A stretch of 63,981 nucleotides of DNA, counting the filler, from Octopus bimaculoides (Eukaryota): assembly GCF_001194135.2 (NCBI RefSeq). It is 5 parts of 5 records of this genome, joined end to end, with 100 filler letters (N's around TTAATTAATTAA, not from the genome) between each part and the next. Parts side by side here need not be neighbours in the genome. Positions count along the whole stretch, not along the records: positions 40,461 to 52,201 come from NC_068986.1; positions 52,302 to 62,507 come from NC_069003.1; 3 more parts are not named here. One strand, 5' to 3'. This document shows positions 41,660 through 55,040 of this stretch, piece after piece. Below the pieces are notes generated by a model that saw nothing but the letters and a program-made list of their open reading frames with translations, did not search any database and was not told the origin of the DNA. A program made the translations under genes and the position numbers. How positions within the stretch are numbered: the stretch's first letter is position 1; the number at the start of each line of letters is the position of its first letter.

Positions 41660-43034
41660 ATATATATACAATTATATATATGTATATGTGTAACGAGAAG
41701 ATGGATCTGGTATTTTATGAAAGGAAGAATTTATTGGATTATGTACTGTTACTATGTAACGGTACACATGAAAATAACACTGGAATTCCTTTGATCGCTT
41801 CAGCTGGGATGAGGCGCGAAACGAAAACGAACCAAGATATCCCCAACATTGGTGATTAAATTGTTTGAATCAAATGTCACTTATATTATAAGCTAGTTTT
41901 TGTTTTTTGTTTTTTTTTTGTAGCTCTTACTTTCAAAGGAAGAGTGTACTAAATAATGGATACGCTCTCCGAAAAAAAAAGATGGAAAAGTTTTTGCAAG
42001 AAGAATGGTCTTTGCAAGATCAACTTTGATTATACAACAGACGTAGACTTTAAACAACAATAACGGAAGCTCGAATTGCTATTATATATTTGCAGGTTCA
42101 GGCCCACTGCACGGTACCTGTTCTATAGCTTTGCGAATGAATTTCGTAGAGATACTTTGAGCAAGTTCGTCGTATGCAAGTGCGTGCGCGCGCATGTGTG
42201 TGTGCATGCCTGTGTGCATGCCTGTGTGCATGTGTGTGGGTGTATATGCGTGTTTGTCTTTGTGTTGTATTTGTCCCCACCCACGCTTGACAACCAGAGT
42301 TGTTTTGTTTACTTCACCGTAATCTAGCGGTTCGGCAAAAGTGAACGATAGAATAAACACCACATTTAACCAAAAACAAAAAAAAGACGGAATTGTTGGT
42401 GTCGATTTGTTCAGCAAAACCCTTTAAGGAGGTGTTCCAGCATGGCCACAATCTTATGTCTGAAACAAGTAAAATATTAAAAGATATAGTCGAAGCTGTA
42501 GTCTTTCACTGTTTGTTGTTATTCATAGCGATATTTCAAAGTAGAATGTATGAACTGAGATGTTCATGCCGTTTCCAAGATTATGAGCTACACATATAAA
42601 GCGGTGAAATGATATGAAGCGTGACTGCGAGCNNNNNNNNNNNNNNNNNNNNNNNNNNNNNNNNNNNNNNNNNNNNNNNNNNNNNNNNNNNNNNNNNNNN
42701 NNNNNNNNNNNNNNNNNNNNNNNNNNNNNNNNNNNNNNNNNNNNNNNNNATTATGAGCTACACATATAAAGCGGTGAAATGATATGAAGCGTGACTGCGA
42801 GCCGTTTTGAATGGATTGGAAAGTTGTTCTTTTTCCGGAAAGTAACGCTTGGGTGAAGCTGTGTGTACGCTGATGATTTGGTGTGGTTGATTAGACATTC
42901 AGCCTGTTTTGGTGGCAGTAATTTTTGGTACTGGAAGTAAACTCACATGCGCGCAGAAACATATACATACAGAGAAAGGAGTAAGAGACAGTGTGTGTGT
43001 GTGTGTGTGTGAGAGAGAGTGCGTGTGAGAGAGA

Positions 43035-43070
<36 letters not shown>

Positions 43071-43262
43071 GTGTGTGTGTGAGAGAGAGTATGTGAGAGA
43101 GAGTGTGTGTGTGAGAGAGAGTATGTGAGAGAGAGTGTGTGAGAGAGAGAGAACGAGGATGAGAGGGAGGGGGAAGGAGTCACTACAATTTATTGATTAA
43201 ACACGGTTGACAGAAACACTTTCTCTTCATACACAGAAAAAGAAACATGTTCAACCACATAG

Positions 43263-43322
<60 letters not shown>

Positions 43323-43890
43323 GGAGCAAGAGAAAAATCATTAAAACATCTGATGTCAAATAAGTCAACGTCGAATCAGCGACGCCAAATAGGTGCCGCC
43401 AAATAGGTGTCGCCAAAACGGCTGTGCCAAAACGTCTCATACCCTGTTTTTCGCAACTCTCTACATACAACCAGGCATGAATGTATCAGCCGAGAAATAG
43501 CGGCCATATGGGTCGCTAGACCTTCTAGAAGAAGCAGTCAAAATGTTCTTTTATCGTTTGATAATGTACGTAGCCCTTGGTGTGCTGTGTTTGAATAAAA
43601 GATGAGATGGCGACGGCTGCAGTATTCGATGATAGACCAAGCCTGCTCGTTCAATCAATCGGAACTAACCAGGGGCAAAACAACAACAAAAACAACAATA
43701 ACAACAACCATAAACCTATACATATATACACACAGAAACACAAACACAACCACGTAATAATTAATGCATGCAAACGTACACACGCGCACAAACATAATCA
43801 TACAATCGATCCATCCGTTCAGTCGTGCTTAAAACGCACTAACAGATTGGTCTGTGGACGGACAGACAGGCAGACAGGCTGACAGGCTGA

Positions 43891-43934
<44 letters not shown>

Positions 43935-44237
43935 GGCAACCAGTAGACTAGAATATTGGTTAAAATATTCCAGTTAGAGAATTGATAGTCGAATATCCGA
44001 AATATGATTTCATAGCCGAAAACGTCTCTGATTCCTTCCTTCCTATTTCTTGTATTTGCCTTTTCTTTATTCTTTCTTTCTTTCTTTCTTTCTTTCTCTT
44101 TTCTTCCTTCTTTTCTTTCTTTCTTTCTTCTTTTCTTTTTTAATAATTTTGTCTCTCAATTTCTCATCGCTTAATTTACACCCCACCCCTCCCCTACACA
44201 CACACACATACATACATACATATATATATTTATTTAC

Positions 44238-44275
<38 letters not shown>

Positions 44276-44325
44276 ATATATGTACGAATGCATGTATATA
44301 GAGAGATAGATCGACAGACAGAAAA

Positions 44326-44362
<37 letters not shown>

Positions 44363-44577
44363 TAGATCGATAGATAGATAGATCGATAGATAGATAGATA
44401 GATGGCTAGAGACACGCAGGTATTAATAAAGGAATGGTAAAAGAACGGGTATATATACACACACACACATAATATAATGTGCGTACGTGTGTGTGTGTTT
44501 GTGTGTGTAGTAAAAGGCGAAAGATTTATCCGCTCGGGGTGATTTATACGGATGTATATTATCTGCATGCATGTGTG

Positions 44578-44639
<62 letters not shown>

Positions 44640-44747
44640 GGGAGAATTCACGCATGTATGTATGTATGTATGTATGTATGTATGTGTGCACGTATGTATG
44701 TATGTATGCATGCATGTATGTATACAGAGACAAAGATAGATAGATAG

Positions 44748-44778
<31 letters not shown>

Positions 44779-45644
44779 GGATCTTTTTCTTTCTCTCTTA
44801 CCTCACTTCTTTCTTTCTGTTATAACTGTTTATTTCTCTTTGACCGCCTCGTTTCGTTACATACATCTTTTNNNNNNNNNNNNNNNNNNNNNNNNNNNNN
44901 NNNNNNNNNNNNNNNNNNNNNNNNNNNNNNNNNNNNNNNNNNNNNNNNNNNNNNNNNNNNNNNNNNNNNNNNNNNNNNNNNNNNNNNNNNNNNNNNNNNN
45001 NNNNNNNNNNNNNNNNNNNNNNNNNNNNNNNNNNNNNNNNNNNNNNNNNNNNNNNNNNNNNNNNNNNNNNNNNNNNNNNNNNNNNNNNNNNNNNNNNNNN
45101 NNNNNNNNNNNNNNNNNNNNNNNNNNNNNNNNNNNNNNNNNNNNNNNNNNNNNNNNNNNNNNNNNNNNNNNNNNNNNNNNNNNNNNNNNNNNNNNNNNNN
45201 NNNNNNNNNNNNNNNNNNNNNNNNNNNNNNNNNNNNNNNNNNNNNNNNNNNNNNNNNNNNNNNNNNNNNNNNNNNNNNNNNNNNNNNNNNNNNNNNNNNN
45301 NNNNNNNNNNNNNNNNNNNNNNNNNNNNNNNNNNNNNNNNNNNNNNNNNNNNNNNNNNNNNNNNNNNNNNNNNNNNNNNNNNNNNNNNNNNNNNNNNNNN
45401 NNNNNNNNNNNNNNNNNNNNNNNNNNNNNNNNNNNNNNNNNNNNNNNNNNNNNNNNNNNNNNNNNNNNNNNNNNNNNNNNNNNNNNNNNNNNNNNNNNNN
45501 NNNNNNNNNNNNNNNNNNNNNNNNNNNNNNNNNNNNNNNNNNNNNNNNNNNNNNNNNNNNNNNNNNNNNNNNNNNNNNNNNNNNNNNNNNNNNNNNNNNN
45601 NNNNNNNNNNNNNNNNNNNNNNNNNNNNNNNNNNNNNNNNNNNN

Positions 45645-45703
<59 letters not shown>

Positions 45704-45939
45704 CTATATATATGTATATATATATATATATAATTCTCGCGTTCCCGCCAACTCCACTCCGCTCTCAATATGTCGGTGGACAAATGGCGGTATTTATGCC
45801 TATAGAACATCACACAGTTAAGCAAACCAACTGAAGAATATTCAATGGACGGATAATTCCGCTTGCAGGTGGAATTTTATGGTTTTATCAGTGATTTTAG
45901 GTGAACAGATTGATAAAAGAGTGTTGCATTTACGTGTAG

Positions 45940-46392
45940 GTTCTGGTGCGCATGCCTGTGTGTGCATATGCTGCACCCTACCTCTGTGTGTGTGTCTGTG
46001 TGCGCATGTGTATATGTGTATGCGTGTATGTGTGTGTGTATGTATGTGTGTGTAAGTTTGTGTGCGTATGTGTGCGTATATGTATGTGTCCGTATATGTA
46101 TGTGTGCGTATATGCATGTTTGTGTGCGCATGTGTGTATATGTGTGTACGCGCGTGTGTGTTTGAGTGCGCATATGTGTATGTTTGTGTGAACATGTGTG
46201 TGTATATGTGTGCGCGTGTGAGTGTATGTATGTATGAGTGTGTGTTTGTGTGCGCATGCGTATGTATGTGTGTGCGTGCGTGCGCATATGTGTATATGTG
46301 TGTGCGTGTGTCTGTGTGTGCGTTTGTGTGCGCCTGCGTGTGTGTGTATGTGTGTGTATCTGTGTGTGTGTATCTGTGTGTGTGTGTGTGTG
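45940..46392. repeat. Long degenerate (TG/TA/CG) alternating purine-pyrimidine tract, one of many microsatellite fields (also 4840-5560, 12600-12860, 13080-14020, 17920-18165, 44230-44780)
   Basis: Direct inspection. These tracts generate the CV/YI/HT-repeat ORFs in the track. Confidence 0.95.
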
Positions 46393-46394
46393 GT

Positions 46395-46806
46395 ATTCTT
46401 CTATTCTACTTGTTTTAGCCATTAGACTGCGACCATGCTGGGGCATTGCCTTGACGAATTTTAGTTGAATGAATCGATCCTATGTGCTTATTATTTTTTT
46501 AAGCTTGGTACTTATCCTATCGGACTCTTTTGCCAAACCTCTACGGTACGGGGACGTAAACACACCAACACCGATTGTCAAGTAGTGGTGGTGGGACAAA
46601 CACAGACACAAACACACACATACACACACACGCACATATATATACACATATACGACGGGCTTCTTTTAGTTTCCGTTTACTAAATCCATTCACAAGGATT
46701 GAATCTGCCCGGGGCTAGAGTAGAAGACACTTGCCCAAGGTGTCGTGCAGTGAAACTGAACCCAGAACCATGTGGTTGGGAAGCAAACTTCTTACCACAC
46801 AGCCAC
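46395..46806 (-). mobile_element. SINE family A copy
   Basis: Same diagnostic strings as the 15591 copy. Confidence 0.85.
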
Positions 46807-47659
46807 CGTGTCTATATCTTGGATTCTCAGATAAATTCATTCGTGTTGTTTTTCTTTCTTTTCCATTCATTTTAATCCTTTCAAATGTTATTTGAATTAA
46901 CACGAAAAATATTTTATTGTAGTGCTTTATGATTTTTCCTTGATTTCCTTTTTTTTTTCTTCTTCTTCTTTTTTTGTGGCTCTATTGTTCCTCAACAACT
47001 TTTGTCTCGTTTTTGAAATTGGAATAAATTTTACACCTTTACAGACGTATAACCATGAAGTGCTAACAAAGTTTTCTGACTGTCCAATGTTGTGTGTGTA
47101 TATGTGTGTCGTTGCACACCTGTATCAGTTCGATTGAATGAGTAGTCTACGTATGCGGACGCGAATGGTTTAGCTGTTAGGGTGTTGGCCGCCGAATGAT
47201 CGTAAGATTGTGATTTCGACTGCTGGACCGGGTGGTGCGTTGTGCTCCGAAGCAAAACACTTCATTTCACGTTGCTCCAGTCCACTCAGCTTGCAAAAAT
47301 TAGTATTCCTGAGACTGACCGGCGTCCCATCCTGCGAAGAGTCTTGTATGCTAGAGAATCCGGGAAACCGGTCCTTACGAGTGTATATGACTCGAGAAGG
47401 AGCTACATCCTATTTTTTTATAAATATGCTAGTTTCTAATTAATCATAACTATAAAAATAAAAATATAAGTGGTGTGCTGATGAAACTGTTTGACCGTTG
47501 ACTCAGGTTGAACAAAATGAACTTTCATACCTATCTTTTCCAGCATCGATAAAGAAAATACCAGTTTTATATTGGGGCTAGATCGAACGATTTTATTTTT
47601 CTATACCAACATCCTATTGACTCTAAATAATCAAAAGTAATTTCTTATGCACACTATTT

Positions 47660-47885
47660 ACATTATTCGGACATGTGTCCTCATCTTGATAGTTGCTTTC
47701 AGTACGTTTCGGCTGTTGTATGATCCGGCCTTCTTCAGGTGTTTTCTGTCGAATTCGGTCGTTTATCAGAATTTCGAACCTAACCTTTTGTTTATTTAAT
47801 CCAGAGGAGTACACTGTTCTCATTCCGCTCTCTACGTTTCGTGTGAAAGCAACAATCAAGATGAGGACACTAGTTTCACTAATGT
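47660..47885 (-). mobile_element. Penelope pLTR-like fragment with hammerhead motif and an inverted copy of its 3' tail
   Basis: Reverse complement reads CAC-CTGAAGA-A-GGCCGG...CAGCC-GAAACGTA, followed by aagcaactatcaagatgaggac. It shares ggaatgagaac, aggttcgaaatt and caagatgaggac...aatgtaaata with 27995-28125. Confidence 0.6.
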
Positions 47886-47888
47886 TGT

Positions 47889-48124
47889 TGTTGGCTCTCC
47901 GTCGCTTACGACGTCGAGGGTTCCAGTTGATCCGATCAACGGAACAGCCTGCTCGTAAAATTAACGTGCAAGTGGCTGAGCACTCCACAGACACGTGTAC
48001 TCTTAACGTAGTTCTCGGGGATACTCAGCGTGACACAGTGTGACAAGGCTGACCCTTTGAATTACAGGCACAACAGAAACACGAAGAGTGAAAGAAAGTT
48101 GTGGTGAAAGAGTACAGCAGGGTT
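47889..48124 (-). mobile_element. SINE family B copy, truncated by a gap
   Basis: Same strings as the 57756 copy. Another truncated copy begins at 63934. Confidence 0.85.
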
Positions 48125-49180
48125 NNNNNNNNNNNNNNNNNNNNNNNNNNNNNNNNNNNNNNNNNNNNNNNNNNNNNNNNNNNNNNNNNNNNNNNNNNNN
48201 NNNNNNNNNNNNNNNNNNNNNNNNNNNNNNNNNNNNNNNNNNNNNNNNNNNNNNNNNNNNNNNNNNNNNNNNNNNNNNNNNNNNNNNTATTGAGTGCAGG
48301 CACAGCCGTGTAATTAAGAAGTTCGCTACACAGTTCTGGGTTCGATTCCAACTTGCAACAACGTGTGTGTATTTTTTAGTCTACATTTGTACCTATATTA
48401 TGTCACAAAGAATTATTACGAGGAGGTGCTGAAAAGTTTTCTGGCTTTAAGGGTATCACGAAAGGCCTGGTCGGAGACCCAACCTTCCGAGTTTTTTTTT
48501 TTTTTACAAGGCTTAGAAAACTGAAAGACTGCTGCAATAAGTGTGTGAATCTGAGAAGGAAATATGTTGAATAAAATCATAATTAACTTATCCTCCTGTA
48601 TTTTCTTTTACCCAAAGCCAGGAACTTTTCAACACTGCCTCGATAAATAAAAGAACGATAAGAAAACATATGTAGCAGATTTAAATAAAGTGTTAGGGCT
48701 GATATGATCAACTAAAACATCCGAAGGCGTTGCCCCAGCATGGTAACGGTTGAATAATGACGGAGAGCAGTAAAAGAGGAAAGGAATTTTATTACATACA
48801 AAAACCCGTTTATATTCTGTAATAAATGCAGTCCTTAGACAGCAAAAGTGACAACACCATGAATAGCTTGAGAATAACCAACGCATAAACTGAACAGACT
48901 AGCCGAAAGATTCATCGATCCATGTCCAGAAACAACACATCGATCGCAACCAATATATCACTATGTTCTCTGCCTAAGAATTTATCTAATTACCTCCCTC
49001 TATCTCTGCTCTCTAATTGTTAACTTTTTTCCCTTCCTTACTCTATCCCCTCACATTCACATCCAGAAGTACATCGCCATATCCATCTCTGCCTACAAGT
49101 TTTCGATCGAATTGCTCCGCATCCTTTCTCTTGTCTATTTAACAAACTCTTTTTCTTTCCACATCTCTCGCATTCTATCC

Positions 49181-49228
<48 letters not shown>

Positions 49229-50021
49229 TCTCTCTTTCACACACACAAACAGACGCATGAATGCAAAAGTACGTTTGTATCGATAGGAATCAGTGTTTCG
49301 TTCTTCCTTTCTTTTAGGGTTTTCTTTTACCTGCTCCTTTGGCTATCAATTTAGAACAAATTTCGAAATCTAAATTAATTTAATGAATGCGCTTAAACCG
49401 CTGATGATAACCCTGGTAAAATTATCACGCGCGCGCATTGGATATGTAACGGCCTTTGGTTACATTTGACGCTACTGTGATTCTTCGTACATTTGCTATG
49501 CCACAACAGTTGTCCGTTATTGCTACGAATATACATGTTGTTGGCATCTTTTGTCTCGGGAGACAATGGAGTTGCACATGAAATCCAGTTTTGCGCAATC
49601 ATGGACTAGATGTAAGAAAATCCTGGGTGGCCCAATCGTCAGGATTCCTCTCTCGACCTTGCTGACGTAATCCAAAGGAGTGCAGAGCTTTACGTTTGGC
49701 ACCAGCTTGGTTGCAGGAGCTGCCGGAAGAGTGTCGAGTCGAACACTGAACCGCCTACGGCGCTCCACTCCGGATTTCTTTGAAGGTTGTCTCCTTTCCG
49801 TAACCCTGGATAGGGGCCCGTACCGGGTACTGTCAGCCGGAGCCAGGTAGGTAGGTAGGTAAGTAGGTAGGTAGGTAGGTAGGTAGGTAGGTAGGTAGGT
49901 AGGTAGGTAGGTAGAAAGCGAGAGAGAGACATACATATATAGAGACATATATATATGTACATGTATATATATAAATGTGCATGTGTATATATATATATAT
50001 AAGATATATATATATGTATAT

Positions 50022-50060
<39 letters not shown>

Positions 50061-50528
50061 CCGAATAGGATAATCCAAGGATATTTCTAATTTCAGTTTT
50101 AGTATAATAAAAAGAAAATGAATGGAAAATGTCTCCAGAACAAAAACAAACACTAGAGATACAAATTTCATATCAGTTCAACGCTGCGAGGAAGAGAAGG
50201 AATGGATAATGTACTACGTTTCGGATAATGGCCTTTCATCAAAGGAAATGCATGCAGGAGGATTCTTCGTTACTGCTTTTGCTGATGAGAGCTTGAACTG
50301 TTTTAAGCTAAAATTGCTCTGTATATATAGGTTTATAAGGTAAAGGTTCAAGTTCTGATTGGTTGTAAATCTAAGTCTATATTTAAATGACGTCATTGAA
50401 TTTTAACCCACTGAGTCCCACTGTGTCTTCAACAATAGGCAGAGCTCACCAAAACTTTGTGAGTAGATTTGTCAGACAGAACTTGAAAGAAGCCCGATAT
50501 ATGTACATATATATATATACACATACAC

Positions 50529-50573
<45 letters not shown>

Positions 50574-51759
50574 CACACATATATANNNNNNNNNNNNNNN
50601 NNNNNNNNNNNNNNNNNNNNNNNNNNNNNNNNNNNNNNNNNNNNNNNNNNNNNNNNNNNNNNNNNNNNNNNNNNNNNNNNNNNNNNNNNNNNNNNNNNNN
50701 NNNNNNNNNNNNNNNNNNNNNNNNNNNNNNNNNNNNNNNNNNNNNNNNNNNNNNNNNNNNNNNNNNNNNNNNNNNNNNNNNNNNNNNNNNNNNNNNNNNN
50801 NNNNNNNNNNNNNNNNNNNNNNNNNNNNNNNNNNNNNNATATATATAATGTGATAAAAGGACAGATTAGATTGAACAACCACGCTTTATTGCATATTATT
50901 AAATTTGTTTCATCTTCTATTTTACCAGCAGATAATTGCTAAAATATTTATTATATGATAAATACATTAAATCTATTACATAGCGTCCATATTATCCTAA
51001 CAACACCATCAAATGAAAACTCCGCTGGTATGAACGCAAAGTGTGTGTTTGTGTGTATGTGCCTTTGTATCTGAGTCCCCCCCCCCACACACACACATAC
51101 ACCGCTTGACAACTGGTGAGGGTTTGTTTACGTCCCCGTAACTTACTAGTTTGCCATGAGAGGCGATAGAATAAGTACCAGGCTTGAAAGAAAAAAAGAA
51201 CAATGAGGTTGATTCGTTCGACAAAACTTTTCAAGGCAGTGTACCTCGTCAAGGCTGCAGTCCAGTAACTGAGATAAGTAACGGACGAGGAAGATAGCAT
51301 TGTGCTAGTAGTTCCCTTTGTTTTCAGTCGATAAATCGATCGATTGATAAAATATTGAACCATGAACGCACCCAAATACATATCTGAAACAGCTGTAATT
51401 AATCTTTTTTTTTTTTTTTAAGTGTGTATATAACCCATTATTTCTCTCTATCGTAGCCAGCCCCCTTTGATAAACAAACACAACTCATTTTTGTCAGCTG
51501 AGTAGACAAGAGAGCAACATAAAAAAAATTGTGTTACTCAAGGATACAACGCGAGGTCGTGGATCGAACTCACGACCCGATCATGAGCCGAATGCCTCTA
51601 ACCACTATGCCACGTGCCTTCAATGTTTGTTTTTCAGAATTCAATAGGATAATATTTTCTGTCACAGCTCTTGTCCCTCTTATTTATATATATATTTATT
51701 TATTTTTTGTTTATTTATCTATTTATTTATATATTCATTTATTTATTTATTTATTCTTT

Positions 51760-52125
51760 TATTATTTTACTTGTTTCAGTCATTTTGACTGCGGCCGTGC
51801 TGGAGCACCACCTTTTGTCGAATAAATCGACCACAGGACTTATTTTTTGTAAGCCTAGTACATATTCTATCGGTCACTTTTGCCGAACCGCTAGTTTACG
51901 GGGACGTAAACACAACAAACACATTTGTTGTCGAGCGACAGTTGGGGGGGGGGACAAACACAGACACACAAATACACATATGTATATATACGACGGGCTT
52001 CTTTAAGTTTGAATCTATGAAATCCATTCACAAAGCTTTGGTTGGCCCGAGGTGACACGCAGTGGGACTGAACCCGGAAACATGTGATTGGGAAGCAATC
52101 TTCTTATCACACAGCCACTCCTACG
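51760..52125 (-). mobile_element. SINE family A copy (another 5' half at about 52330-52500)
   Basis: Same diagnostic strings as the 15591 copy. Confidence 0.85.
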
Positions 52126-52301
52126 CCTATTTGTCTATTTATATCTTTATTGTTTTCCTTTAATGGTCGTAGCACGCATTGCTGACATTTCGTTATTATG
52201 CNNNNNNNNNNNNNNNNNNNNNNNNNNNNNNNNNNNNNNNNNNNNTTAATTAATTAANNNNNNNNNNNNNNNNNNNNNNNNNNNNNNNNNNNNNNNNNNN
52301 N

Positions 52302-52338
<37 letters not shown>

Positions 52339-52929
52339 TACGACGGGCTTCTTTCAGTTTCCGTCTACCAAATTCACTCACAAGGCTTTGGTCGGCTCGA
52401 AGCTATTGTAGAAGACACTTGCCCAGGGTGCCACGCAGTGGGACTGAACCCGGAACCATGTGGTTCATCAGCAAGCTACTTACCACACAGCCACTCCTAT
52501 GTCTATAAATATATTAAGGGAAGAGGGTGGGGAATAGTTTTTGGTCAAGAAGAAGTAAAAAATATATATGTATGAAGAAAATAAGAAAGAATGGGGCTGC
52601 TATAGGTTTTTTCCAAAGTGGTATGTATATAGTGGTATGTAATAAGTGGTATGTATATAGTGTGTGGTGAGGGTGTTTGCAGTATGAGATTGGGGAGGTG
52701 TGCTGGCATGTGTACTTGTAAGTTTATGGAGGGATGGGGTAGGAGGGGGAGGCAGTTGAAATAAAAAGAAAAAAATTTTAAACGGTAAGGAAAATATAGA
52801 GAGAATTATGTAAGTGACAATAAAGAATTAAAGGGAAGATATATTGTTGGTTCAATATATAATGCTAGTGAGAGTTGATAAGAATGGAAAATTTATGAAG
52901 ATTAGTGGGGGAAAAGCAGGGTGGGGTTA

Positions 52930-53480
52930 TTATCTGTATTTTGAGAATAGATTTAGTGACCAATGTTTGTAGGTAAATATTATACTGCTGTGTTAATTAA
53001 GATAATCCATGAATTGTAAAACAGCCAAGACTTTGGCTATGCAGAGATCACATTTGTCATTTGTTATTATAGGTGCTGTATGGTTTGGCAGGGGTGACTA
53101 TGGACCACTTGAAAGTGTAAGGAGTGAAATCAAACATTAGTTTATTGATAAATCGAGACAATGATATACTGTTGGATTTTGTTGGGGACTTGAAGCTGGA
53201 GTAGTGTTTGCTCACTCTCGCATTGAAGGTGGTGCTACATGAGCTGATATAGATGTAGTTACAGTTGGCAGTTGATACTGTACACTTATAAACTATGCTT
53301 TTAGTGAGACAGTGGTTATCTAAAGGAAAGGAGGTTGGGCATCTGAACCTGCATAGGTTTATAAGGGGTGTTCCAGATAACTTGTGAGGGAATTGTGTTG
53401 TCTTGCAATAAAATAGGAGTGGATCTGTTGACTAATCTAGGCTGTTTTTTCTTTGTAAGTTTCTGCATCATTTGGTCCAG
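52930..53480 (-). mobile_element. Second Penelope-like remnant (GIY-YIG C-terminal region)
   Basis: Minus-strand translation NYIYISSCSTTFNARVSKHYSSFKSPTKSNSISLSRFI...YTFKWSIVTPAKPYSTYNNK*CDLC resembles the YIG..T.FK.R..NH...KWSI...CxLC pattern of Penelope endonucleases. Confidence 0.65.
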
Positions 53481-53664
53481 TTGGCTGCAGTATACAAAAA
53501 AATTGACACACCCACCCACACACACACATATGCATANNNNNNNNNNNNNNNNNNNNNNNNNNNNNNNNNNNNNNNNNNNNNNNNNNNNNNNNNNNNNNNN
53601 NNNNNNNNNNNNNNNNNNNNNNNNNNNNNNNNNNNNNNNNNNNNNNNNNNNNTTTATATGTATA

Positions 53665-54974
53665 TAGGGTGCGATGAATAAATTGTTGTCTAAGTTATGC
53701 AAAAATGAAAATAATACTGATATCTCATTTTAACAGATATATTTACCCTTGAAATACTAAACTTTAGATATCTTGATATACTTAAGAGTAAATTTATTCA
53801 ATAAAATCGCCTTTGGCTTTAACCATGGCCTCCAGATGACTTTGGAATCTCCTGAAACTCTTCTGGATGGTCTCCTTGTTTAAGTTGGTGAATGCTGCCA
53901 TAATCCTTGCCTTCAGTTCATCTTAGGTGTTACAAGGAGTTTTGTTGGTCTCTTGCTCAACAGTACCCCACACATAATAATCAAAGGTGTTGCAGTCTGG
54001 GGAGTTAGGTAACCAGATATTAGGGGTGATGTGGTCACAGAAATTGTCTGACAGCCATGACTGGGTTCTCCTGTTTGCATGACATGCTGTAGAATCCTGT
54101 TACCAGACATAGGGTCTTCCAGAAGCCACCCTCTTAAACCAGGGCAGCACTACGTCCTCCAAGCACTTGATGTAGGCCTGCATGTTAAGTCTGAAGCCAT
54201 GTAGGAAGATGAATGGAGGCAAAATGTCACCATCACTAGTGATCACTCCAAAAACCATGATGTTGACTGGATGTTTGATTTTTATCACTCTTGATATATG
54301 TTTTGGGGACACAGCAAGCCAACGGTTGTTTGGTGTATTCACCATCTGAACCTGGCAGAAATTTTTCTTGTTTGAGAAAAATCAAAACATGTTCAGTTGG
54401 AGGGGATGCTCTAGTTTGTTTAAAAGCTTCATAGCGTGGTCTTTCCTCTTGTTCTTGATGACTTGAGATAAAAATTGGCCCTTTCTTATCTTGTATGAAG
54501 AATACTGAATGTCTTCATGCACTACCTGCCTGATAAGAAACTCAGACATTCCCATGTCCCTGGCGATGAACCTAATTAGATTGGAGGGATTGTTGTCAAT
54601 CATGGCCTGGATCTCACCAACAAATTCAGGAATTCTTTTCTTATCAGAATGATCAGAGTGAGTTTTCCGAACTGCTGTACCTTTGTAATCACCATTAGAC
54701 TCATCCCACTCTTTCTGAATCCTCTGCACTGCTCTCAGATTGACACCCAAACACTCTGAAATATTTCTATTGGAGTTTCTGGCACAAATGCCAAGCAGTA
54801 CAGCTTGTTGTTTCCAAATTTCTGGCAGAGTGAGTTGCATCATGGTGCTATTTTTCTCACAGACGGTATTCAACTGACCCTACTATACTGTGCAATTGAC
54901 AAAATCAAAATCAAACAATGTGCATGCACAAAATCAAAAATATAAAATAGCAACAATTTACCCATCACACCCTG
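53665..54974 (-). mobile_element. Full-length but inactivated Tc1/mariner element of the DD37D (maT) type
   Basis: TIRs TAGGGTGCGATGAATAAATTGTTG and (reverse complement) CAGGGTGTGATGGGTAAATTGTTG, with TA on both flanks. Transposase remnant about 53794-54843 has an HTH-like N-terminus and W*QDSTACH...PNSPDCNTFDYYVWG, with 37 residues between the last two Asp. Contains stops and frameshifts. Confidence 0.9.
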
Positions 54975-54986
54975 TATGTGTGTGTA

Positions 54987-55040
<54 letters not shown>

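Noticed and set aside
42579-42802. Direct repeat of about 53 bp (attatgagctacac...gactgcgagc) on both sides of a gap
   Set aside because: Identical contig-end overlap across an N run; most likely an assembly artefact.
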